A stretch of 26,421 bases of DNA from the IMG/VR virus record IMGVR_UViG_3300017912_000153, positions 1 through 26,421 of that record, one strand, 5' to 3'. The translations under genes were made by a program, and so were the position numbers. Every line of letters starts with the position of its first letter. Positions within the stretch are counted from its first letter, which is position 1. The notes beneath the pieces were generated by a model, which worked only from the letters and a program-made list of their open reading frames with translations, was not told the origin of the DNA and made no database searches. Source of the stretch: a virus. Taxonomy: Duplodnaviria; Caudoviricetes. Shown piece by piece: positions 7,822 to 15,956 of this stretch.

Positions 7822-9414
7822 ATGGCTTACACTTCATCACAAAAGACAGCAGCATCTTTGTATGCTCTTTACGAGCAAGAGAGATCTATCTTTTTGAGAG
7901 AAGCTAGAGATTCTTCAAAGCTTACCTTGCCTAATCTGATACCAGAAAATGCAAGAGGTACAAGAAGTAAAACTAAAACACCATTCCAAGGTGTAGGTGC
8001 TAGAGGTGTCAACTCGTTAGCAGCTAAGTTGCTGCTTGCTTTGTTGCCACCATCTACTCCTTTCTTCAAGCTGACTATTGATAGTCTTGCCTTGATGCAG
8101 CAGGGAGCTAGTGAACAAATGTCTGAGATGGACAAAGCTTTGAGGGTAATAGAAAATGCTTTGATGTCTGAGATAGAAGTATCAAACGATAGAGTAGGAA
8201 TGTTTGAAGCACTCAAGCATCTAATCGTAGGTGGTAATGTTCTGCTATATCTAACAGACAAAGGACTACAAGTATATCCACTAGAAAAGTATGTGATACG
8301 AAGAGATCCTAATGGTAATACTTTAGAAATTATTATTAAAGAAACTATAAATGCTCAAGCATTACCAGCAGATTTTTTAGAACTTATAAAGCAGAAAGAA
8401 CAATACAGCGAAGAGATGGAAGAAGAGTTGGATATATATACACACGTTAAAAGAGTCAATGATTCTTTTATGTGGCATCAGGAATGTAAGAACGAAAAGA
8501 TACCAAGCACAGATGGTATGTCTAAGGTAGATGTCACTCCTTTTATTCCTCTCAGGTTTATCCGACAATCAGGAGAAAGTTATGGAAGGGGATATGTTGA
8601 AGAATACAGGGGAGATCTGATTTCTCTTGAAGCTTTAATGAAAGCAATAATTGAAGCAGCAGCAGCGTCAGCACGTACTTTGTTTCTAGTAAATCCCAAT
8701 GGTGTAACAAGAGCTTCGACTCTAAGCAAAGCACCTAACGGAGCTATAAGAGAAGGCTTGGCTACAGACATATCTGTTATGCAAGTCAATAAAGGTGCAG
8801 ACCTACAGACATCTTTCACAGCAGTACAAAGAATAGAATCAAGACTTGAGTATGCTTTTCTTATGGCAAAGGCAGTTCAACGTGACGCTGAAAGAGTTAC
8901 AAGTACAGAGCTAAAGATACTGACAAATGAATTAGAGAATAGTCTTGGAGGAATCTACTCTATCCTGACTCAAGAGTTTCAACTTGTATATCTCAAAAGA
9001 CGTATGCACTTACTGGTCAAGTCAGGTAAAGCACCTAAACTACCAGACAATATAGTGAAACTCCATATCATTACTGGACTTCAAGGACTTGGTAGAGGAC
9101 ATGATAGAGATAAGCTTATTGAATTTATTACAACTGTATCTCAAGCTTTGGGTGGAGATATTATGAGACAGTTTGTGAATCTAGATGAAGCAGTCAAGAT
9201 GCTTGCTACCTCGATTGGCATTGACAGTACGAATCTGATAAAATCACCACAACAGATTGCCGAAGAACAGCAGCAGCTACAGCAGCAAGAGCTTGTTCGA
9301 TCACTCGGTAGTGCTGCTTTAACTTCACCTTTGCTTGACCCACAAAACAATGCGAAGGCCGATCAAATACAGGAGCAAATCAATGCCAACCAAGAAGCCC
9401 CAATCCAAGAGTAA
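7822..9414 (+). CDS. gp8: Portal / head-tail connector protein (T7 gp8-like)
   Basis: 530 aa; PFQGVGARGVNSLAAKLLLALLP, GESYGRGYVEEYRGDL, RDAERVTSTEL, LGGIYSIL, GLQGLGRGHD. Confidence 0.97.
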   Translation: MAYTSSQKTAASLYALYEQERSIFLREARDSSKLTLPNLIPENARGTRSKTKTPFQGVGARGVNSLAAKLLLALLPPSTPFFKLTIDSLALMQQGASEQMSEMDKALRVIENALMSEIEVSNDRVGMFEALKHLIVGGNVLLYLTDKGLQVYPLEKYVIRRDPNGNTLEIIIKETINAQALPADFLELIKQKEQYSEEMEEELDIYTHVKRVNDSFMWHQECKNEKIPSTDGMSKVDVTPFIPLRFIRQSGESYGRGYVEEYRGDLISLEALMKAIIEAAAASARTLFLVNPNGVTRASTLSKAPNGAIREGLATDISVMQVNKGADLQTSFTAVQRIESRLEYAFLMAKAVQRDAERVTSTELKILTNELENSLGGIYSILTQEFQLVYLKRRMHLLVKSGKAPKLPDNIVKLHIITGLQGLGRGHDRDKLIEFITTVSQALGGDIMRQFVNLDEAVKMLATSIGIDSTNLIKSPQQIAEEQQQLQQQELVRSLGSAALTSPLLDPQNNAKADQIQEQINANQEAPIQE

Positions 9415-9547
9415 ACCCAGAGATGAAAACGGAAAGTTTGTCTCTGATAAAGCTATCGTTAGCGAACTAGGTGTTAACGACACACCAGAACCTACTGAAC
9501 CAAAAGTAGTCAAAACAAAAAATGGTCGTACAATAACATTAAACTGA
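9383..9547 (+). CDS. Small hypothetical protein (54 aa) overlapping the portal 3' end
   Basis: SD AGGAG (9371-9375) before ATG 9383; MPTKKPQSKSKPRDENGKFVS...; fills the portal-scaffold gap. Confidence 0.65.
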   Translation: MPTKKPQSKSKPRDENGKFVSDKAIVSELGVNDTPEPTEPKVVKTKNGRTITLN

Positions 9548-9556
9548 TTACTTACT

Positions 9557-10348
9557 ATGACATCATCACAAGTACAGGCTAATGAAACTCCACCAATGTC
9601 TGCTGAAGATATTGAAAGTTTGAGAGATGACAATGGACTGATTGCAGGGAAGTTTAAAACTGCTGAAGATATGGTGAAAAGCTACAAAGAATTAGAAGGT
9701 AAGCTTGGAGCTATAGAACAGACAGAAGAACAATCAGAAGGTACAGAAGAGACAGAACAAAACCAAGAAGAACAGCCATCATTTGATGCTGAAGAATTTT
9801 ATGGCGAAGGTCTTGCTTCTGTACTAGAGGAAGTTGGTATTAATGTAGAAGATATTACTCAACGATTCTCAGATACAGGTGAGATCAATGAAGATGATTA
9901 CAGCAAGCTAGGTGAAGCTGGCTTTTCTAAACAGGTTATAGATACATACCTTGATGGTCTGAGAGGTACAGGTGGATCACCAGAAGATGTGACCATAGCA
10001 CAATCAAATGAAATCAAACAATCTGTAGGTGGAGAAGAAGCTTATAAGCAGCTAGTAGAATGGAGTACAAACAATCTTCCACAGGAGACATTAGATTCTT
10101 TCAATCAATTACTTGAAACAGCTAATGTACCTGTAATTAAAATCGCAGTTCAAGGACTTAAAGCACAAATGAATGAATCACAAGGCTATGAGCCAGACTT
10201 GATTGGTGGTCGTACACCTCGTAACGACAACAATCCATTCCAAACAGCAGCAGAGATTACTGCTGCAATGAGTGATCCTCGCTATGGTAAAGATGCAGCA
10301 TACACCCAAAGCGTATATGCAAGAATTGGTAGTTCAGATGTTGTCTAA
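9557..10348 (+). CDS. gp9: Capsid assembly scaffolding protein (T7 gp9-like)
   Basis: Acidic; AGKFKTAEDMVKSYKELE, VGGEEAYKQLVEW, AMSDPRY..DAAY C-terminal motif. Confidence 0.93.
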   Translation: MTSSQVQANETPPMSAEDIESLRDDNGLIAGKFKTAEDMVKSYKELEGKLGAIEQTEEQSEGTEETEQNQEEQPSFDAEEFYGEGLASVLEEVGINVEDITQRFSDTGEINEDDYSKLGEAGFSKQVIDTYLDGLRGTGGSPEDVTIAQSNEIKQSVGGEEAYKQLVEWSTNNLPQETLDSFNQLLETANVPVIKIAVQGLKAQMNESQGYEPDLIGGRTPRNDNNPFQTAAEITAAMSDPRYGKDAAYTQSVYARIGSSDVV

Positions 10349-10494
10349 TGGCTAACAAACCAACCAACCCTTCTCTTTATGCAAGGATAAAAGCAAAGGT
10401 AAAAGCTAGAGTAAAGAAGTGGCCTAGTGCTTATGCAAGTGGACAGCTTGTAAGAGAATATAAAGCTGCTGGTGGAGGTTACACTAAAGCATGA
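10348..10494 (+). CDS. Small basic protein (48 aa) resembling the N-terminal half of DUF5872-like proteins
   Basis: Hand-translated: MANKPTNPSLYARIKAKVKARVKKWPSAYASGQLVREYKAAGGGYTKA; TAATG overlap with the scaffold stop. Confidence 0.75.
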   Translation: MANKPTNPSLYARIKAKVKARVKKWPSAYASGQLVREYKAAGGGYTKA

Positions 10495-10643
10495 AGAAGC
10501 TTACACTTAGTCAGATGAGAACTCTGAAGAAACATTCAGAGCATCATTCTAAAAAGCACATGGATCTAATGAAAAAGCTAATGCGTGAAGGTTCTTCATT
10601 CAAAGCTGCACATACTAAAGCACAAAAAGATGTAGGCAAATGA
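10491..10643 (+). CDS. Small His/Met/Lys-rich protein (50 aa)
   Basis: Hand-translated: MKKLTLSQMRTLKKHSEHHSKKHMDLMKKLMREGSSFKAAHTKAQKDVGK; ATGA overlaps at both ends; GGAGG upstream. Confidence 0.75.
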   Translation: MKKLTLSQMRTLKKHSEHHSKKHMDLMKKLMREGSSFKAAHTKAQKDVGK

Positions 10644-10882
10644 GTCTTACTAGATGGTTCAAAGAGAAGTGGGTAGACGTAAAAACTGGCAAACCTTGTG
10701 GTCGTCAAAAAGGAGAGAAACGTGCTGGCTACCCTGCTTGCAGACCATCTAAAAGAGTTAGTAGTAAGACTCCCAAGACTACAACAGAAATGTCTAACAG
10801 AGAAACTCTTAAGTTTAAGAGAACAAAGGTAAGCAAGAAAAGAATAAACTACAATCACAAAAGACGACAAGCAACTGCATAA
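10640..10882 (+). CDS. Small basic protein (80 aa) resembling the C-terminal half of DUF5872-like proteins
   Basis: SLTRWFKEKWVDV..GKPCGR....YPACRPSKRVSSKTPKT..EMS; ATGA-coupled to the previous ORF. Confidence 0.78.
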   Translation: MSLTRWFKEKWVDVKTGKPCGRQKGEKRAGYPACRPSKRVSSKTPKTTTEMSNRETLKFKRTKVSKKRINYNHKRRQATA

Positions 10883-10883
10883 G

Positions 10884-10918
10884 TGTTATATTTTATTTAA
10901 CTACTCTTACTCGTAGTT
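10884..10918 (+). promoter_or_regulatory. Putative extended -10 promoter with 5' hairpin upstream of the 88-aa ORF and capsid gene
   Basis: TGtTATATT (10884-10892), then hairpin AACTAC-8nt-GTAGTT (10899-10918) beginning 7 nt downstream. Confidence 0.4.
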
Positions 10919-10919
10919 C

Positions 10920-11186
10920 ATGTCTCCACGCAGAAAATCTTTATCTCTTAGAAAGTCTGACAAGAATCCTACAGGAGGATTGTCTGAAAGTGGGAGAAGA
11001 AGAATTAATGCAGCTACAGGTTCAAAGTTGCAACGACCTGTCACTCAAAAGAGTGGACTTTCACCTAGACAAAAGGCTCGTAAGAAATCTTTTTGTGCAA
11101 GAATGAAAGGAGTGAAGGGGGCTATGAAAGACGATAAGGGCAGACCAACACGCAAGGCTCTTGCATTACGCAAGTGGAATTGCTGA
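10920..11186 (+). CDS. Small highly basic phage protein (DUF6321-like)
   Basis: KNPTGGLS..GRR..N..TGSKL..P...RKKSFCARMKG...RKALALRKWNC; family recalled from motifs, not searched. Confidence 0.78.
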   Translation: MSPRRKSLSLRKSDKNPTGGLSESGRRRINAATGSKLQRPVTQKSGLSPRQKARKKSFCARMKGVKGAMKDDKGRPTRKALALRKWNC

Positions 11187-11299
11187 TACTTCTAACAACA
11201 AATCAAAAAAACTTAGTGCCTGATACGTCAGATAACGCTTTGGAAAACGATTACGAAAAGAAGTAACCCTATTATTAATCTTTATTCAAGGAGTTTAGA
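11187..11299 (+). promoter_or_regulatory. Structured 5' leader of the major capsid gene
   Basis: AGTG-c-CTGA-TACG-TCAG-ataa-CGCT hairpin (11215-11239), possible outer helix TACTTCT (11187-11193)/AGAAGTA (11259-11265), SD AAGGAG before ATG 11300. Confidence 0.45.
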
Positions 11300-12286
11300 A
11301 TGGCTAACGCCACAGTTTCTAGGCTTGGTCTTGTCAATAATAGTGGTACTAACTTTGATGAATTATTTTTAAAGGTATTCAGTGGCGAGGTGCTAACTGC
11401 GTTCTCGAGAAACAATATCTTTAACGAGCAACTTCATTCAGTTCGTACTATTACATCAGGCAAGAGTGCAAGCTTCCCAGTTTTAGGTGCAGCTACCGCA
11501 GCTTATCACAGCGTAGGTACTCCCTTAGTTGGAGCAAACCAGATCAAAGCTAACGAGAAGATTATTCTTATAGATGATCTTTTAGTAGCACAAGCATTTG
11601 TGGCTCAAATTGATGAGCTTAAGAATCACTATGATGTGAGATCAACTTATGCTGATGAACTTGGTAAGGCTCTCGCAAAGCAATACGATTTAAACGTAGC
11701 CAAGCAAATAGCTAATGCTTCCAGAGCATCTACTACTCTTAGTGGTGGTAATGGTGGTATCGTATCTACTCTTGCTTCTGGTAACACAACTTCTGCTGCT
11801 GTATCAGGTGATGAACTAGCTGGTGCTATCTACGACATTGCACAGACAATGGATGAGAGAGACATACCACAGACAGATCGTTTCTGTGTTCTTCCCCCTG
11901 CTGAATATTACAAGCTTGCTGAATCTGCTACAAGAACTGTAGATGTTGACTTCAACCCACAAGGTAATGGTTCGTTTGCATCAGGTAAAGTACAGCAAAT
12001 TGCTGGCATACCAATCATGATGTCTAACAGCGTTCCACAGACAAACGTCAGCAGTAACCCAAGTGGTGCGAACAACACCTACTCAGGTGACGATAGTAAA
12101 ACTATCGGACTTGTATTCCATAAGTCTGCTGTTGGTACAGTTAAGCTAATGGATATGACAACTGAGATCTCAGGCTCAGACTACAATTTGATGTATCAAG
12201 GTACATTAATGGTTGCGAAGTACTTGCTCGGTCATGGAATCCTAAGACCAGAATGTGCTGCAACAATTAAACTTGCTGCTTCTTAA
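11300..12286 (+). CDS. gp10: Major capsid protein (T7 gp10-like)
   Basis: LFLKVFSGEVLTAF, RTITSGKSASFP, IDDLLVA, HYDVRSTYADELGKALA, GHGILRPECA. Confidence 0.97.
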   Translation: MANATVSRLGLVNNSGTNFDELFLKVFSGEVLTAFSRNNIFNEQLHSVRTITSGKSASFPVLGAATAAYHSVGTPLVGANQIKANEKIILIDDLLVAQAFVAQIDELKNHYDVRSTYADELGKALAKQYDLNVAKQIANASRASTTLSGGNGGIVSTLASGNTTSAAVSGDELAGAIYDIAQTMDERDIPQTDRFCVLPPAEYYKLAESATRTVDVDFNPQGNGSFASGKVQQIAGIPIMMSNSVPQTNVSSNPSGANNTYSGDDSKTIGLVFHKSAVGTVKLMDMTTEISGSDYNLMYQGTLMVAKYLLGHGILRPECAATIKLAAS

Positions 12287-12297
12287 TTTCAATTTAT

Positions 12298-12331
12298 AGG
12301 GTATCTTATTATTAGATACCCTTTTTTTTTT
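12298..12331 (+). terminator. Rho-independent terminator after the capsid gene (T-phi equivalent)
   Basis: AGGGTATCT-tattatt-AGATACCCT stem followed by a T10 run (12322-12331). Confidence 0.92.
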
Positions 12332-12433
12332 ATGTATCATTCTGGTAGTAAAAAGAAAACAGACAAGAAAAAGAAGTCTGGTAAAATGAAATCTAATAAA
12401 TCTAAATTGAAGATACCCACAAAAAAGTACTAG
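12332..12433 (+). CDS. Lysine-rich micro-protein (33 aa)
   Basis: Hand-translated: MYHSGSKKKTDKKKKSGKMKSNKSKLKIPTKKY (14 Lys); fills the terminator-tail tube A gap. Confidence 0.55.
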   Translation: MYHSGSKKKTDKKKKSGKMKSNKSKLKIPTKKY

Positions 12434-12436
12434 ATC

Positions 12437-13045
12437 ATGGCTGTAGCTGCAACCACCGAACTTGAATGTATCAATATAATGCTTGATGCAATAGGAGAAG
12501 CACCAGTAAACTCATTAACTGGTACGCTACCTGTTGACGTTAGAAAAGCACAGAATACATTAATCGAAGTAAACAAGGAAGTACAGTCAGAAGGGTGGAG
12601 TTTTAATACAGAAATCAACGTAACTCTTACAAGAGATGCGTCTAATAATATTGTTTTAGGTACTGATATATTAAGAGTTGATGCCAATACTTTTGACCAC
12701 CCATCAATAGATCCTATTCAAAGAGGACTAAAACTTTACGATAGAAAAAAGCAGACATTTATTTTTGATGAAGATTTAAAATGTACTGTTATTTATTTTA
12801 GAAACTTTGATGAGATACCAGAACAAGCTAGAAGATATATCAACGTAAAAGCTGCAAGAATATTTGTTGATAGATTAGTTGGAGATCAAAGCTTAAGAAC
12901 TTATACAGAACAAGATGAAATAAGAGCAAGAGCTATACTTATGGAAACAGACTTAAGTAATGCAGATCATAATATGCTTATAGGAGATCCAGCTATAAGT
13001 GATGCAATAAATACATTCAGTCCTATTGACGTTCTTAACAGATAG
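12437..13045 (+). CDS. gp11: Tail tubular protein A (T7 gp11-like)
   Basis: TELECINIMLDAIGEAPVNSL, VQSEGWSFNTE, FDEIPEQARRYI..KAARIF. Confidence 0.95.
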   Translation: MAVAATTELECINIMLDAIGEAPVNSLTGTLPVDVRKAQNTLIEVNKEVQSEGWSFNTEINVTLTRDASNNIVLGTDILRVDANTFDHPSIDPIQRGLKLYDRKKQTFIFDEDLKCTVIYFRNFDEIPEQARRYINVKAARIFVDRLVGDQSLRTYTEQDEIRARAILMETDLSNADHNMLIGDPAISDAINTFSPIDVLNR

Positions 13046-13047
13046 TT

Positions 13048-15501
13048 ATGCCTGTCATTTCTAGATCCATACCTACTTTACTAAGAGGTATATCTCAGTC
13101 ATCAGACTCTTCTAAACAAGCAGACCACGCAGACATACAAGATAATGCTGATAGCAACCCTGTCATTGGTCTTATAAAAAGGTCAGGCTTGCAGTATGTA
13201 ACTAATATAAGCAACTCTGCACTTGGTAATGTTCATATTCAAACTATTAATAGAGATGCAAATGAAAGATACATTGCAGTATTTAGTAATGGTAATGTCA
13301 AAGTCTATGAGTTAGATGGTACAGAAAAGACTGTAAACAAACCTGATGGTACAAACTATCTAAACACTACCAATCCAAGAAGCGTTATTAAAACTGTTAC
13401 TATTGCTGACTTTACCTTTGTTGTAAATACAAGCATTACAGCAACTATGGATTCTTCATTGAGTGCTGGCAACATTACTCAAGCTATAGTTTTTATAAAT
13501 CAAGTTTCAGATAACACAACATACTCAGTCACTGTAGATGGTGTGACAGTTACAGATGATACTCACAACGATTCTACTCTCAGTACTGAACAAGTAGCTA
13601 GTGATTTGCAGTCTGGTCTTAACTCTGGATTGACAGGATTTACTATTGCTAGAAGTGGTAGTGTCATACATATAAAGAAAAATGATGGCAGTAACTTTTC
13701 TATTGATGGATCAGATACACAAGGTAATACACAGATTACAGTAGTAAAAGATTCAGTACAGAGATTTACAGACTTACCTACTGTTTCTCCTAATGGATAT
13801 GTTGTTGAAGTAAAAGGAGATGAACAAACAAACTTTGATAACTACTACGTTAAGTTTGTTACTAATAATGGTAATGCTTTAGAAGAAGGACAATGGGAAG
13901 AGACTGTAGAAGCTGGTATCAAGTTTAAATTTAACTATGACACTATGCCCCATGTCTTGATAAGACAGGCTGATGGTAACTTTAGATTTGCAAGGGTTGA
14001 TGGGGATAGTTATACATTATCAGGACAAACCTATACATTGCCAAAATGGGGAGAACGTACTGTTGGTGATCTGGTATCTGCACCTGATCCATCTTTTATA
14101 AATGCCAAGATAAATAACGTATTCTTTTTTAGAAACAGACTAGGCTTTCTGGCTGATGACAACGTAGTACTATCAAGAGTTAGTGAGTTTTTTAACTTCT
14201 TTCCAGAGACAGTCTTATCTGTTATTGACTCAGATCCAATAGACGTAGCTGCATCACATACTAAAGTTGCGATTCTTAAAAATGCAGTAACTATGGGAGA
14301 ACAGTTGATCTTGTTCTCAGATCAAACACAGTTTGTACTTAGCAGTTCAGCAGATAACCTGACACCAAAAACAGCTAACGTGCTGGTGGCAACAGAGTTT
14401 GAAAGTAGTGATGCTGCTAGTCCTGTAGGTTCTGGTTCTAGTATCTACTTCTTAACAAAGAAAGGTACGTTTGCTGGTATCAGAGAATATATAACACAGT
14501 CAGATGTCACAGTAAAAGATGCGACCAACACTACAATTCATGTACCAAAACTAATACCAAGTGGGATATTTAAACTTGCTGTATCAAACAACCAAGATGT
14601 TTTGGTTTTGCTTGGTACTGATAATCCAAACAAGTTGTATGTAAATCGCTGGTTATATGGCAGTCAAGGTCAGAAGGTATTAAACTCTTGGTTTACTTTT
14701 ACTATCAACTCTAATCGCACTATAAGAAATATTGATTTTGTTGGTACTGATTTGTTCTGTGTAATAGAAGAAGCTAATGGCACATCATTAGAAAAAATAC
14801 CTTTCGAGAATGATTTTACAGAAACCAATGCAGACTTTGAGTTTTACCTAGACCATAAGGTAACAGAAGCAACTACAGGTGTATCAGTAGCATTTAACTC
14901 AACAACTAAGAAATCTACTTTTACAGTTCCATATAGACTTAGAGGAGCTATGAGTGTTGTAGGTAGATATTTAGGGTCAGGAGAAACCAGCACATTTGTT
15001 GATTTGTTTGGTAATACAAGAACTCTTAAGTCTGGTGCTGTAATAAAAACAACCAACCTTACTAATGGTTCAACAACAACAATAGAAGCTGATGGAGACT
15101 ACAGAAATGCAAAGTTTATTATTGGAGAACCATTTGAGTTTCATTACAGGTTTAGTAAACAACGTATAACAGAAGCAGCAGGGCAGAATAGTGCAGAGAT
15201 ACTAAGCGGTAGATTACAGATGCACTACTTCTATATCAAGTTTGAAGATACAGGATTCTTTCAAGTAGAAGTAACACCTGAGAATAGAGATACAAGTACA
15301 CATAAATTTACTGGTCGTCTGCTTGGTGCAGCTTCTAGTTCTATAGGTCAGATTAATTTAGAGACAGGTACATTTAGAGTACCAATATTTAGTAGGGCAG
15401 ACAGAGTAGATATAGATATAAAAAACAATTCATACCTACCAACACAACTATCAAGTGCAGAGTATGAAGCTGTATTCCATATCAGAAGTAGACGTATGTA
15501 A
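13048..15501 (+). CDS. gp12: Tail tubular protein B / nozzle (T7 gp12-like)
   Basis: ISRSIPTLLRGISQ, TIADFTFVVN, TMPHVLIR, WGERTVGD...PSF, FFRNRLGFL, DSDPIDVA. Confidence 0.96.
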   Translation: MPVISRSIPTLLRGISQSSDSSKQADHADIQDNADSNPVIGLIKRSGLQYVTNISNSALGNVHIQTINRDANERYIAVFSNGNVKVYELDGTEKTVNKPDGTNYLNTTNPRSVIKTVTIADFTFVVNTSITATMDSSLSAGNITQAIVFINQVSDNTTYSVTVDGVTVTDDTHNDSTLSTEQVASDLQSGLNSGLTGFTIARSGSVIHIKKNDGSNFSIDGSDTQGNTQITVVKDSVQRFTDLPTVSPNGYVVEVKGDEQTNFDNYYVKFVTNNGNALEEGQWEETVEAGIKFKFNYDTMPHVLIRQADGNFRFARVDGDSYTLSGQTYTLPKWGERTVGDLVSAPDPSFINAKINNVFFFRNRLGFLADDNVVLSRVSEFFNFFPETVLSVIDSDPIDVAASHTKVAILKNAVTMGEQLILFSDQTQFVLSSSADNLTPKTANVLVATEFESSDAASPVGSGSSIYFLTKKGTFAGIREYITQSDVTVKDATNTTIHVPKLIPSGIFKLAVSNNQDVLVLLGTDNPNKLYVNRWLYGSQGQKVLNSWFTFTINSNRTIRNIDFVGTDLFCVIEEANGTSLEKIPFENDFTETNADFEFYLDHKVTEATTGVSVAFNSTTKKSTFTVPYRLRGAMSVVGRYLGSGETSTFVDLFGNTRTLKSGAVIKTTNLTNGSTTTIEADGDYRNAKFIIGEPFEFHYRFSKQRITEAAGQNSAEILSGRLQMHYFYIKFEDTGFFQVEVTPENRDTSTHKFTGRLLGAASSSIGQINLETGTFRVPIFSRADRVDIDIKNNSYLPTQLSSAEYEAVFHIRSRRM

Positions 15502-15503
15502 GT

Positions 15504-15956
15504 ATGGGGTATTTAAGAAAATCAAAACTCTCAGACTTAAATTACGTTTGCTCTCACATTAGAAATATAGACAGAATAGAAATTAAATATCAAACAAATG
15601 AAGATCCAGAAGAAGCTTTGCGTTTATCTTTTCTACATAGTAAAACAGTGATGACTGTAGCTGGTGACGAAGATCAACCTATGGGTATATGTGGTGTTGT
15701 TTCTAATGGTTGTATATGGTTAATATCTACAGATGAATTGTTCAGTAATAAAAAATATAAAATACAATTAATAAGAGAAGGTAGAAAATGGGTTGACAAC
15801 CTGTTGAAATCTTACAAAATCCTATACAATGTAGTATATGCAGAGAATGAGTCTGCTATTAAGTGGTTAAAATCTTTAGGGTTTCAATTTACTACATACC
15901 ATAAGGAATATGGAGAGTACAAAAAACCATTCTTTGAATTTATGAGGATCAAGTAA
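15504..15956 (+). CDS. gp13: Internal virion protein A-like (T7 gp13), GNAT-like fold
   Basis: IRNIDRIE, MGICGV...IWLIST, LYNVVYAENESAIKWLKSLGF; syntenic after gp12. Confidence 0.85.
   Translation: MGYLRKSKLSDLNYVCSHIRNIDRIEIKYQTNEDPEEALRLSFLHSKTVMTVAGDEDQPMGICGVVSNGCIWLISTDELFSNKKYKIQLIREGRKWVDNLLKSYKILYNVVYAENESAIKWLKSLGFQFTTYHKEYGEYKKPFFEFMRIK

Noticed and set aside
9335-9382. Longer start for the portal-overlapping ORF
   Set aside because: ATG 9383 has a well-placed AGGAG; the upstream start lacks support.
12260-12331. T7 gp10B-type frameshift extension of the capsid protein
   Set aside because: Both alternative frames stop within about 30 nt of the capsid stop, and a terminator follows.
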